From: Eledone cirrhosa
Taxonomy: Eukaryota
Length of the DNA stretch: 64,000 nucleotides
Assembly: GCA_964016885.1 (NCBI GenBank)
Contig: OZ024757.1
Coordinates: 17,794,001-17,858,000, forward strand
Direction of reading: 5' to 3'
Under the pieces are notes generated by a model. That model had not been told where the DNA came from. It was given only the letters and a program-made list of their open reading frames with translations, and did no database searches. Shown in pieces: positions 11,301 through 23,364 of this stretch (the stretch's first letter is position 1; each line of letters begins with the position of its first letter). A program made the translations under genes and the position numbers.

Positions 11301-12310
11301 CGTGGACTGTGTGTTTTTTTGTCGTGACACCTACACGATCTCATTTGTTTCGGCCTGGATGTTGTGGGATAACATTGAAAGGGGCGGTGTGGATGGGGTG
11401 GAGGTGGTGTGTTTTGATAGAGATGCCTACTGACTGTAGTAGGTTTTTACTTTGTATTTAGGTAAGGCGGGTCTTCTCTATTACTGAGTACCGCCAAAGG
11501 TCTCGGTCCAGTGACATTGTCTTGGAGAGGTGTAAGCGTGTGAGGTCGGAATTTATCAGCTCGTCCCATGTTTTTCTGGGTCTGCCTACTCCGTGGCTAC
11601 CGTCTATCTTTATTGCCCTGCACTTTGTTATACAGCTGTCGTCTTTCATGCGCATCACGTGACCGTACCAACGTAGCCTTCTCTCGAGTAAACAACATCT
11701 GATCCCTCTTATTTCTAATTTTTTCCTTAGTTCGTTTATGCTTTGCCGTTCACGTATATTACTATTGCACATCCAGCGGAGCATGCAAGCTTCGTTCCTC
11801 TCTAGTCTGCGTATATCCTCTGCACACAATGCCCAGGTCTCACTGCCATGCAGCATTGCTGTTCGTATGCAGGCATCGTATAACCTGCCTTTCATTTTTA
11901 GGGAGAATCCTCTAGCGGCTAATAGTGGTATAAGCTCTCTGAACTTTTTCCATCCGGTTCTGACTCTAGCTACTGTACTTTCAGAGCACCCTCCCCCACT
12001 GCTGATTTTGTCACCCAGGTAACGGAAGCTGTCCACTATTTCTATAGAACAGTTAGGTTATTTGCATCACAGAATTCCAGGATTCTGGAGCCTTCCTCAT
12101 TTCTAGTACCAAACCCATAGCCTCCATGGATTTCGTCGTAGCCGTCACAATGTTGTCCAACGTGACCATTTAGGTCGCCTGCAATAATTATATAGTCACT
12201 GTCGGATATTTGGGAGGTAGTTAGCATCAGTGTCTCATAGAATCTGTCTTTTATAGTGCCGGGCAGTCCGGATTGGGGTGCGTACGCAGATATTACTGTC
12301 ACCGTAGTTC
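8318..12310 (-). mobile_element. RTE-clade LINE, 5'-truncated and decayed, interrupted by a second copy at 10978-12050
   Basis: EN (AYAPQ, GDLNGHVG) and RT (KAFDRV, YADD) motifs, a PHD-like finger, RRLRWYGHV and a (GAT)n tail. Contains in-frame stops. Confidence 0.9.
10978..12050 (-). mobile_element. 3' piece of the same RTE family nested in the host RTE
   Basis: C-terminal ORF at 11458-12036, a 3'UTR with a ~115-bp tandem duplication, and its own (GAT)n tail. Confidence 0.85.
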
Positions 12311-12499
12311 TATTGAGAACAAGTCGTATTTTAATCTATATCTATATAAACTTGATTATTTACTTATATATAAAGCTCTCAACCATATCTAGTTTCAGTT
12401 GTATTGACAAACGGCGCATTGACATATGGCGTTACTTAGATATTTTAAGCCTGGCGGGGCCCATCCCTCACCAGGCAGATTTCTTCCTAAGTGAGGAAG

Positions 12500-12645
12500 T
12501 ATCGACCCCAGTAGTAGACTTATACTTTTTTTATCGACCTCGAAAGAATGAAAGGCAAAATTGATCTCAGGGAGCAGAGAACCAGATTGAATACCATAAA
12601 GCATTCTATCTGGCGTTCTAATGACTCTGCCAATTCACCGCCTTA
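12500..12645 (-). mobile_element. tRNA-derived SINE (Meta-like core GCCTTTCATxC..GTCGATAAAA..TACxxG)
   Basis: Shares core and head with the SINEs at 17931, 18127 and 40762. Confidence 0.75.
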
Positions 12646-12702
12646 TAAGGAGTTACTACCTCAATAATCAATGATGAGTGATCAAACAGTTGATCCACTT
12701 AC

Positions 12703-12766
12703 CTTTAATACTAGAAGCTACTGAAGACATATTAATTATACTTCCGCCATTTTTCTGTTCAATCAT
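12703..12766 (-). CDS. BDH2: BDH2 coding exon 5 (MIEQKNGGSIINMSSVASSIK-G)
   Basis: CAG/GTAAG bounded, 64 bp. Contains the catalytic-Ser region IINMSSVAS. Confidence 0.94.
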
Positions 12767-13389
12767 CTGAGAATAAAATGAAGGATAGGAAAACATTTTC
12801 TTTATATAGAATTTGAAGGTTAATAGCCTCGATAATGTGAAATAGAGGAATAAAGAAATCAGAAGAAACAAGATTTTATTTGTTTTACTTTCATTTATTT
12901 ATATGCCCTGTTATTTCGAGATCAAAATCTCTTCTTCCGAAGGAAATAAAAGGGGAATAGATTAAGGTAAAACACATAACATCTTTCGTTTGACTTCTTT
13001 ATTCGTCCTTCTCGCATTGTCATGGCTTTCAGATGTCAAATTCTTTATACCATACACAATGTTTCAAGTAAACTATAAAGTCCTCATTTTCTTTATTTTT
13101 CTTTCGGGGTTTTACGTTTTTACAGAATATTAATTAAATAGCTTCGACAAGTACATCGGGTTTAGGAGAGATACACCCTATTCCTACACATAGTAAGAGG
13201 TGATTAAAAGTTTGGTACAAAGAATGGGAATCTGGCCATAACCTCCCAAAAACGGGCCGCATGAGGACCCACACAGGTAACCGCTGCTCTCACAAGAAAA
13301 GGGCCTTAGAATGTTTGAAGATTAATTAAAAGCTTGTAAAAGTCAATTGAGTGACCAATATTATCGACATAAATATCGATAATTTTTTC

Positions 13390-14095
13390 TGAGGGTCATG
13401 TGGGCGTAGAGTCCTCAAACACTCCCTCTAGCGGGTCCCGTCAGCAGCAACCACCCCCTACTGATCCTGTTGGATCCCTAAGCGTGACCAGCCAAGCTCA
13501 TGGATGTTATCCAACGATCTTGCTTGTCTACCCCTGGGCCTCCGCCGATTGTTTTTGCCCGTAGAATCTGTCCAGCAATTCTTTCCTGAGACATTCTAAT
13601 CACATGTCCATAATATCGGAGCTGTGATCTCTCAATACGGAAAGCGACTCTAACTGGAGAATCATCTGAATTAAAAAATCTGTTTTTAGATATTTTCCTT
13701 TAAATCCTTAACAGATGTTACTAGAAATCATTGCAATAAACTTTTCTCTTAGCTTTAACTGTATGTTTTGTTTTTATTCATCTAGCCTCATCCCAACCTC
13801 ATATCTGAGGGTCGTGTGTCATAGACCTATGGACCAGAACTCTCCATCTTTTCCTGCCTCTTGCCATTGCCGTACATTCTGCCAAACTCCTTTCTGATCA
13901 TTCCTTAATATCATCTGTCCATCTCCTTTTTCCCTGTATTCGTTCCTCAAGGATGTCGGTAGTCAAATTTTGGGCCCTGTTGACATGACCAAAATACTGA
14001 CGTTTTCTCTTCCTTACTGTTTCAACTAACAGTCGATTAACACCAGTCTCTTCCAGGACAGATTCTTTGAGCTGTCCAGCTAATTCTGAGTGCAT
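13390..14095 (-). mobile_element. Two old RTE-type LINE 3' fragments
   Basis: C-terminal motifs QLRYYGHVIRM (~13600) and RKRQYFGHVNR..RRWTDDIKE (13898-14095). Confidence 0.65.
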
Positions 14096-14174
14096 GCCTA
14101 TAGCATGGCTTATTGCTTTCGTGTCACTTAGAAACTTGCATACTGAATAACTACATTTTTTTTTTTATTTCAAC

Positions 14175-14470
14175 CCGTCTGAGGAAGGAGCCCCGCGAGA
14201 TTGGGTGACTTTTGCAGAGGGTGTCACTGGCCATCGTCCGGGGGAATGCTTTTGCTGTCATGTCAGCGGGGTCACAGCACTTCTTCCCTCTTGCCCTAGG
14301 CTCAAAGTCCAACCCCCCTCCCTTAACCCCTCTCTCTGCAACCCTTTACAATCTGAGTTCAAATCTTGCCGAGGTTAACTTTGCCTTTCATCCTTATGGA
14401 GTTGATAAATAAAGTACCAGTAATACACTGGGATAATTGCTGGCCTTGTGCCAAAAGTAGAAACAATTAT
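14175..14470 (+). mobile_element. CRE-like LINE 3' end fused to a SINE body
   Basis: QRVSLAIVRGNA motif followed by a SINE B box and core. Confidence 0.7.
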
Positions 14471-14739
14471 TTTGTAATAAATCAAGCATCTACAAAGTTG
14501 TTGATATTGACCCCTGGAGGGGGATGGGACTCCTCAAGGATATATGTTGACATTTATATAAGAAATTTACTTATAAAATACAATTTGCTGATACACATTT
14601 CAAATCTTCTACAATAACCAATGTGTGTTTGTATATATATTTATATGATGTCATGTAATGAAGGAAATATGTATGTAATGACTGAGGAAGGAAGGGGTTG
14701 GTGACAAACTATAGAAAACCAGCATTCTAAGAATTGCAG

Positions 14740-14850
14740 AAGTGGGGGGAGGGGTGAAGAGGGAGGGTGATTAGGCTTTGGGCCTAGGGCAATACAGCAG
14801 AAGTGCTGCGCCCTGCTGACAAGATGGCAAAAGCATTCCTCCGGACGATG
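14740..14850 (-). mobile_element. CRE-like LINE 3' end fragment
   Basis: Reverse-complement similarity to 14230-14330 and 17620-17725. Confidence 0.65.
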
Positions 14851-14934
14851 TTTGTTTTCTGTAAGATTGATTTGAAATACAAGTATGTTGTGAACAGGTG
14901 TCAGGATGATGTCACAAAAGATAAAGAAACTCAC

Positions 14935-15043
14935 CTTAGGAATAAACTCTGAGCAGACATGGTAGATACTCTTAACATTCAGGTTGAAACTGAAATCCCA
15001 TGACTTTTCATCACATTCCAACAAGGTTCCATTGTGTACGAAA
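14935..15043 (-). CDS. BDH2: BDH2 coding exon 4 (FVHNGTLLECDEKSWDFSFNLNVKSIYHVCSEFIPK)
   Basis: AG/GTGAG bounded, 109 bp. Matches BDH2 [23 protein letters not shown]. Confidence 0.94.
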
Positions 15044-15296
15044 CTAAAATGGGAATATATATATATACATATGAATAAAATCAGAATTTTATTTCTCCCC
15101 CTAACACACACACACACACACACATATATGAAAGAGGTATAGTGTATATTCGTATGAGTTTAATGTACGTAGATCTTTGTGTGTCTAGTACACTCCATAC
15201 CCTTCCCATAGACCAAGTTGAGAAACTGCCAGTACATATATCTATAGAAAACAAATAAGACAGAATCAAACAAAGCGCCTAAAGTGAGTTTTTATA

Positions 15297-15510
15297 ACTT
15301 ATATGGATTTAATCTCACCAGTCATGCAAAATCTTATATGGATTTAACGCTACCAGTCATGTAAAATCTTATATGGATTTAACCTAACCAGTCATGCAAT
15401 ATCTTATATCGATTTAATCTCACCAGTCATGTAAAATCTTATATGGATTTAACCTAACCAGTCATGCAATATCTTATATCGATTTAACGCTACCAGCCAT
15501 GTAATATCTG
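15297..15510. repeat. 35-bp minisatellite, ~6 copies
   Basis: Unit TCTTATATGGATTTAAxxxxACCAGTCATGxAAxA. Confidence 0.9.
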
Positions 15511-15819
15511 ACTTTTGTGAGACATCTGCTTTATTCGATTGTCTCCCTTAGGGAGTGGATTAGTTAATGTGCAGCGTAAGATGGTTATATAGCTCCTAAT
15601 TGAATGGAAGGAAGCATGGGTGGTGTGTTGGTGTAATGGTACACATTAGTCCGACAAACCAAAGATGTGGGTTTATGTCCCATCTAAGTCAATACTCATC
15701 CTTTTTTTCCTTTCAGAGGGGTTTTTTTAAATCCCAACTAACAGACTAATTCTATTTGGCCAAATACGGCGTAAGCACATGTATATATATATATATGTGT
15801 GTATATATATATGTATATA

Positions 15820-16185
15820 TATACCTTCAAATTATTGACCTTGTGCCTATACTAGAAATCATTATTTAACTGATGCTTTATTTTATCGACCTTGGAAGGA
15901 TGAAAGTCAAAATTAACCTTAAGGGGATTTGATCTGAGATGGTAAGAGTTCATAACTATATAGCATCTGTCTCATTGTTTCTACATTTGACACGAGGTCA
16001 GCAAATAGAAGGGAAGTGAAAAGTTGATTAAATCGACCCCAGTGCATTACTGGGACTTTATTTTATGAAACCCCTTAAGGATGAAAGGCAAAGCTAACCT
16101 CGGTGGGATCTGAACACAAAACATGATTATATGCCGCAAAGCATGTTGTCCGACACTCTACCGATTCTGCTAATCTATAGCCCTT
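15820..16185 (-). mobile_element. Two diverged tRNA-derived SINEs
   Basis: The core TTTATTTTATCGAC..GGATGAAAG.CAAA is seen twice. Confidence 0.65.
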
Positions 16186-16266
16186 ATAATAAAAAGAGTA
16201 AACTGAAGAATGATGATGATGATGATGGGAAGGGGGGGGGGGGGGAGGAGTATATCTATTATTTAC

Positions 16267-16363
16267 CCAGCACAGTTGAAAAGTATATCTACTTTAGGAA
16301 TGCTTTCAGCAAAAGTCTTGATTTCTACGCTGTTTGTTACATCCAGGTAGCTGGTGTGTATAC
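16267..16363 (-). CDS. BDH2: BDH2 coding exon 3 (G-IHTSYLDVTNSVEIKTFAESIPKVDILFNCAG)
   Basis: AG/GT bounded, 97 bp. Contains the SDR motifs LDVT and DILFNxAG. Confidence 0.92.
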
Positions 16364-17394
16364 CTAAAACAAATACATATATACGGTAATTATTTAGAAG
16401 TAAAACAACAAAAGGTAGGAACTAGGTGTAATTGTCAAACTCGCAATCTTCAAGTCAGTATTCGTGCCTATGGTCAGGAATCGTGGGTAATGACCGAAAG
16501 AATATGATTGCAAATACAAGTGATCGAACTGGGGATCTTCTGAAGTGTCTTCGGAGTAACGCTACTTGATAGATTGTGTAACTCAGCAGCAACATACACA
16601 ACCATGTGTTGCTACCACCAAGAATAAAAAAAATAAAATGAGTCCAAGAGAAATTACATTATAGTTATGATGATTCACATGGAACCTTATAGATATAACA
16701 CGGAGAAGTATAGAGTCCAAGTGAAGACAAAAACAACATATAATCTAATAAGAAGGTTAAAGAAAAGAAAAAAAACAACTGAAGTGAAACATGGAAAGTA
16801 TTGAAGTCCAAAAAATGTTAAACTTGACGTCGATAAAGGAAATTTGCTTACATCAGATCCCAATACTCTCGAGTTAAAAAGATTAAGGTTAGTTTATAAT
16901 GAATGTTTATCTCAAACATTTACCACGCTGCTTCATCAGTTCTAACACATTCTTAAATCAATCAATATCTATCAATATCTATTCTGTCCGAATGTTCTCT
17001 TAACGTAACATCTGCTCCAAGCTCTATTTAAGATTTGTTTACTCTACATTGATGATTTTACGCTTGGATTATCTGAATACACATTAGTCAAATATTCTTT
17101 CGTTCTAAATATTTGCGGCATTAATTCACAGTTTAATACAAGATGCTGGGAAGTAGAATGCGCTGTTATAATAGACTACACCCTAGAATGGAAATATAAC
17201 CACAAATAATAAATACTATTAACCATTGATAGGAACCTCACAAGTATAATGCACCAAAATATACGAGAAGAGCGAGAGAAAGAAAAAATAAAAGGAAACA
17301 AAAACAGAACCAACCATTAATTCACCGCCAAATAATTATTTGAATCGGATTAGAAAGCGAGAAGAAAATAAAAAGAGGGAATATTTATATTCCG

Positions 17395-17730
17395 TTGTTC
17401 CTGGAGACCGAGCACGTAGATTTGTCCCGATTAGCAGAAAGGCTGAGCCTCATTGATGCTCACCCCGCGCTCTTCCTCTTCGCACCGACTGCCGTCAAGA
17501 CTACAGGAGTACTTGGATCTCGTACTGCCGAGCTCCTCTGCAAGATCGGAATGTCGGCGGCCTGTCTGAGGAGGGAGCCTCACAAGGTTGGGTGGCTGTT
17601 GCAGCGGGTGTCACTGGCCATCGTCCGGAGGAATGCTTTTGCCGTTATGTCAGAGGGGTCACAGCACTTCTTCCCTCTTGCCCTAGGCCCAAAGTCTAAT
17701 CACCCTCCCCGTTCTCCTCTTCCCTCTCTT
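17395..17730 (+). mobile_element. CRE/SLACS-clade (restriction-like endonuclease) LINE C-terminal fragment
   Basis: FAPTAVKTTGVLG..LLCKIG..LLQRVSLAIVRRNA is typical of the CRE-clade C-terminus. Confidence 0.75.
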
Positions 17731-17930
17731 CTGCGACACCAAAGCTCTTGCAACCCCCCCCCCCCTTCCAGTTATTTTTCTTCTTTCTTTCTCTCTTTTC
17801 TTTTTTCTATATTTCCCTATACTTTCTTTCCTTTCGTTTTCCCTTTTTTTTTTAATTTCATCTTACTAAATTTTAGTTAAAAAATTAACATCTATCTATT
17901 ATATCAGGTGAACATTGCTTTGTAATAAAT

Positions 17931-18050
17931 AAGGGCGGTGAATTGGCAGTATTGATAGAGGGTCGGACATGCTTTCCAGCATAGTTACGTCCCTTTACAA
18001 TCTGAGTTCAAATCTGGCCGAGGTTAACTTTGCCTTTCGTCCTTACGAGT
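17931..18050 (+). mobile_element. tRNA-derived SINE (head plus partial core)
   Basis: A box TGGCAGTATTG, B box GAGTTCAAATC and core GCCTTTCGTCC. Confidence 0.8.
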
Positions 18051-18126
18051 CCAAGAGCTCTTGTCATCCGTTCCCTTTCTTCTTTTTTTTCTATATTTTC
18101 CTATTTTTTCTTTTTTTCTTACTAAA

Positions 18127-19440
18127 TAATTGTTTCTACTTTTGGCACAAGGCCAGCAATTACTCAGTACATTACTGGTACTTTATATTATCGACCCCGT
18201 AAGGATGAAAGGCAAAGTTAACTTCGGCGGGATTTGAGCTCAGACCGTAAAGGGACGTAACTATACTGTAAAGCATGGCGTCCGACCCTCTACCGATACT
18301 GCCAATCCACCGCCCTAATATGGCGTCCGACCCTCTACCGATACTGCCAATCCACCGCCCTAATATGGCGTCCGACCCTCTACCGATACTGCCAATCCAC
18401 CACCCTAACATGGCGTCCGACCCTCTACCGATACTGCCAACCCACCGTCCTAGCATAACTTCCGACCCTCTCCCGATACTGCCAATCCACCGCCCTAGCA
18501 TAACTTCCGACCCTCTCCCGATACTGCCAACCCACCGCCCTAGCATGGCGTCCGACCCTCTACCGATACTGCCAACCCACCGTCCTAGCATAACTTCCGA
18601 CGCTCTCCCGATACTGCCAACCCACCGCCCTAGCATGGCGTCCGACCCTCTACCGATACTGCCAATCCACTGCCCTAGCATGGCGTCCGACCCTCTACCG
18701 ATACTGCCAATCCACCACCCTAGCATGGCATCCGACCATCTACCAATACTGCCAATCCACCGCCCTAGCATGGCGTCTGACCCTCTACCGATACTGCCAA
18801 CCCACCGCCCTAGCATGGCGTCTGACCCTCTACCGATACTGCCAATCCACCGACCTAGCATGGCGTCCGACCCTCTACCGATACTGCCAATCCACCGCCC
18901 TAGCATGGCTTCCACCCTCTACCGATACTGCCAATCCACCGCCCTAGCATGGCGTCTGACCCTCTACCGATACTGCCAATCCACCGCCCTAGCATGGCGT
19001 CTGACCCTCTACCGATACTGCCAATCCACCGCCCTAGCATGGCGTCTGACCCTTACCGATACTGCCAACCCACCGCCCTAGCATGGCGTCTGACCTTCTA
19101 CCGATACTGCCAACCCACCACCCTAGCATGGCGTCCGACCATCTACCGATACTGCCAATCCACCGCCCTAGCATGGCTTCCACCCTCTACCGATACTGCC
19201 AATCCACCGCCCTAGCATGGCGTCTGACCCTCTACCGATACTGCCAATCCACCACCCTAGCATGGCGTCTGACCTTCTACCGATACTGCCAACCCACCAC
19301 ACTAGCATGGCGTCTGACCCTCTACCGATACTGCCAATCTACCACCCTAGCATGGCGTCTGACCCTCTACCGATACTGCCAATCCACCACCCTAGCATGG
19401 CGTCCGACCCTCTACCGATACTGCCAATCCACCGTCCTAA
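18127..19440 (-). repeat. SINE whose 45-bp tRNA-head segment is amplified ~26x into a minisatellite (18275-19440)
   Basis: The unit ATGGCGTCCGACCCTCTACCGATACTGCCAATCCACCGCCCTAGC matches the head of the SINE at 40908-40943. Confidence 0.9.
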
Positions 19441-20574
19441 ATAATGTTTGGTTTTTGCTTTGTTAAAAAGAAAAAAGGAAAAGGTTTCAAAAAACAGGAA
19501 GAGCATTGAATGAAACATATGTTTATGTATGTATATATTTGTATGTATCTGCATATTTATATGTATGTGTATATATATCATCATCATCATCATCATCTTC
19601 GTTTAACGTCTATTTTCCACGGTAGCATGGGTTTTATATATATGGATTTATATATGAACTCACGCGAACATTTGACCAGATGAAAGACAGACATTGTTTT
19701 GTGAATAAACCTATTGACTTATAACGAACCAATGAGTGAATACCACTAAATACCACATTGATGGAATGTGGTAAATATAAGAAAGAATTGGAAGGGATTC
19801 ATAGACCATCAGAGATGAGCTTCCATATTGAAGCATATATGAGGATCTTTCGATTCCAGAGTCAGGTTCGATCAATAATAGATCGTCTCTCGAGCTGATC
19901 GACAGTGGAAAATATGTAATATGTTATTATGATGGAACACTGATTCTTTGTTCCTTTATTCTAATACTATATACATTCATTTCATTTCATTTCATTTTAC
20001 GTCCGCTTTTCCCTGCTTGCAAGGGTGGGATATATATATATATATGTGTATATAAAATTGAATTAGATAAACTGAATTAGATGAATTTACATAGTGCTGA
20101 TACTACATCCCCACTACTTAAGCTTTCTTCCTATATACCAACAACATTTTCATTTATTTATTCAGGGGCAGTCACTTAAACAAACGGACATAGGCTTCCC
20201 CTAAATCAAATATCTCCAATTTTATTTTATTCTATTCTCTATTTTTTATTTCCTGTTGCCGTTTACCCAGCTTGTGATACCATTATTCTTTTATGATTGT
20301 TATGCAATACACCTGATGATGTCACTGGAATTCTACTGGAAATGGAAATATATAGTGTCTGCAGAAATAGATACTTTAAAGGAATCCAAACTTTCCTGCT
20401 TCTTGTAACTTTATTCAATAATATTTAACTCCGTTCACACACCACCAACATAATCTTACACCGAAGATGATTGAGTTGCGTCAAGCTGAGTCCTTTTCCT
20501 AATATTCCTTCATGGATAACTATATGGAATGACCAGTTCTATCCAGTGATGAACCACAAACTTCAATGTGTGTA

Positions 20575-20835
20575 TCATCATCATCATCATCTTCGATTAA
20601 CGTCCATTTTCCACGCTAGCATGGGTTAGACGGGAGTTGTCCCACTTGAGGCAAGGTTGGTCGGGTGACCGTGTCTCGCTCATATAGGACTATCTTGCAG
20701 GTTTTCTACGGCTGGATGCCCTTCCTAACACCAACCACATTTACAGTGTGGAACTGGGAACTTTTTACCGTGTTACCTACACGACCACATTACAGCGTGG
20801 ACTGTGTGTGTTTTTTGTCGTGACACCTACACGAT
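20575..20835 (-). mobile_element. RTE 3'UTR-only insertion with (GAT)n tail; shorter ends at ~19578-19635 and ~19975-20030
   Basis: Similar to 23365-23615. Confidence 0.8.
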
Positions 20836-21286
20836 CATGTATATATATATATATAATCATGCCTGTTGGATAAGTGGAGTGTTATACACCCCTGATCCTC
20901 TCCCTAATATACTATATATATATATATATATGTATGTGTGTATGTGTGGGTTTCGTATATCTAAAGAAATATGGTATGTTTATAAATAAACATTCTGAAA
21001 GCCACAACTATGAATATAGCACTGGTGGTCAGCGCCGCCGGCAGAAGCAAAGGGGGAAACCGTGGATACATTTCAAATTTAAATGGTCGATGTTTCCCTC
21101 TTGCTACTACCGGACTTTGAAACAGGCAAAAAAATATAGTTTTTTCGTCTGTGTAAATGAGCTGATAAATCTCATTTACATACAAAGTTGTGTAAGTTGG
21201 CTCAACTTAAAATAGAATAGAATTAGAGTTTAGCTTTGAACATAGATGTAAAACAAATATATATTTGTGTTTCGAATATAAATTAC

Positions 21287-21368
21287 CTGGATATTTCGCC
21301 GCCAATATTTCAAGTTTTTCTTTGTTTATATCTGTAGCATAAACATCTGCCCCTTCATTATGAAAAGC
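21287..21368 (-). CDS. BDH2: BDH2 coding exon 2 (AFHNEGADVYATDINKEKLEILAAKYP-G)
   Basis: ttttTAG acceptor and GTAA donor, 82 bp. Matches BDH2 AFAREGAKVIATDIN. Phases are compatible with the neighbouring exons. Confidence 0.92.
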
Positions 21369-21449
21369 CTAAAAAGGGAAGTACGTGGATTATTTATGAA
21401 ACATAGCAAAACTGGTCTTCGACTTTCTTTATAAGGAATAATTTATTTT

Positions 21450-21540
21450 TAAGAAGAAGGAGGAGGAGAAGGAGCAGAAGAAGAAGAAGAAGAAGGAGGA
21501 GGAGGAGGAGGAGAAAGAGAAGGAGAAGAAGAAGAAGACC
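21450..21540. repeat. (GAA/GGA)n microsatellite
   Basis: Visible. Confidence 0.95.
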
Positions 21541-21988
21541 ATAAATTAATTGCAAAACTAGGAACGTAGTATATAACATAAGATGTACTGAGAGACAGTG
21601 TAGGAATAAGAATATAACATACATAGGTGAAATAGGCCGTAGCATAGGGGAAAGAATAAGTGAACATTAGCGAGAACTCCAAGATGAGAGCAAATCAGCA
21701 TTTCTCCACCAACATACCAAAATGGAACATGGTGTCACACTAGAGAACATAGAATAATTAATTATATCCACACAGAAAAGACGCAATGCTCCGACAGATT
21801 ATAGGACCGACAAACGTAAAGGAACTCCAAAGAAAATTAAACAGAAAACATGAATGGGATAGCAACAATATCACAACTAGTAATTAAGGAGAAGATAAAG
21901 ACATACAGAGACACACAAGAACCAAACTAATAAAACAAATCAGACACACACAGATAGAACAAGCAACCAACTAGTGACAAGTAAATAA

Positions 21989-22982
21989 TCTATATATATA
22001 AAACTGAGGTTGTCTGTCTGTCTACTAAAACCTTCGGCACACATCTCCTCTTAAACCGTACGTTCAAATTTCGGTGAAATTGCTACACTTATAGATGAAG
22101 GTCCGGTGGAACCATCGGTCAAATAAATTTTCAAATAAGTTCTTGTTTTTGATTATGTCATCTATATATATAAAACTGAGGTTGTCTGTCTGTCTACTAA
22201 AACCTTCGGCACACATCTCCTCTTAAACCGTACGTTCAAATTTCGGTGAAATTGCTACACTTATAGATGAAGGTCCGGCGGAACCATCGGTCAAATAAAT
22301 TTTCAAATAAGTTCTTGTTTTTGATTATGTCATCTATATATATAAAGCTGTGGTTGTCTGTCTGTCTATCGATTTTTGGCACACATCTCCTCTTAGAATC
22401 TCTGACGGAATTGCACCGAAATTGCTATACTTGTACATTGAGCCCTAGCGAAGACATCGGAAAAAAAATATTTCAAATTGACCCACCCTATGTGACGAAA
22501 TCGAATCTAATGTATCGATTTTTGAACGTAAGTGACGAGTTATTTCCCTTTGTTCTGTTTACATTGAGCGTCTTACGTTCTGTTTACATTTTCTGCGTGC
22601 AAAAATTAAAAAAATTACGCTGGCTTTCTCAGCGTTTAAAATGACATTAACACAATACACGAACAGTTGTCGAGCCAGCAAAATTTTGACCTGCAAAATT
22701 CATCAGTTCGAACACTAAGCTTCCGTTTTGCTTCATTTCCATTTAAAAGCCTTTTAAAACAATATTTTTACTTGAAAACAAGTCTATTTAAAGACTACGT
22801 AAAACAAGCAAATATTTCGTAAAAAAAAGCAAAAATTATATAAGTTTATTTAAAATATATGTATCTGTAAATTTTGTGAGGCGTGCAGACAGACAGTCGT
22901 GCAGACAGACTTTAAGCCAAAAAAGAAACTTAACATTGTAACTTTAACACAGCTACTGAGCAACGCCGGGCTTTACTGCTAG
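21989..22982 (+). mobile_element. Non-autonomous Helitron with stacked 5' ends
   Basis: 5' TCTATATATATAAA at 21989, 22161 and 22333. 3' GAGCAACGCCGGGC..CTAG. Inserted between A and T. Confidence 0.75.
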
Positions 22983-23364
22983 TACCAAATAAAAACACAC
23001 ACACGGATACAACGCATGTGCAACCCAAATACACAGCACTCAGCACACAAAAACAAGATGGTGTAGGACAGAACAAAGGAGAGACACAAAAAACAAATTC
23101 GGTATTGAGGAGGTCACAGAACATGTTACAAAAGATCCTTGACAATAACCAAATAAACAAACATCCGGTTTTTAAACGAATCACCTGGAAATTTGCAATA
23201 AATTGAAGTAAAACCAACAGGTGCGTGTGTTTTTATTGGCAGCATGACCCTTTCAAAGTATAACAATACACACACACACACATGCATATATATATAATTA
23301 AGATTTAGCTTCAGGCATAGCTGTATACAGAAATTTCATATTTCTAAAGAAACACGGTATGTTT

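Noticed and set aside
17931-18020. tRNA genes (A/B boxes here and at 15620-15690, 33990-34052 and 40860-40945)
   Set aside because: No complete cloverleaf, and most continue into SINE cores, so they are SINE heads.
18275-19440. CRISPR-like appearance of regular arrays (also 27170-32860 and 61437-64000)
   Set aside because: There are no unique spacers and no cas genes, and the context is eukaryotic and intron-containing.
21660-21975. A-rich stretch resembling LINE coding sequence
   Set aside because: No recognisable motif could be read, so it was left unannotated.
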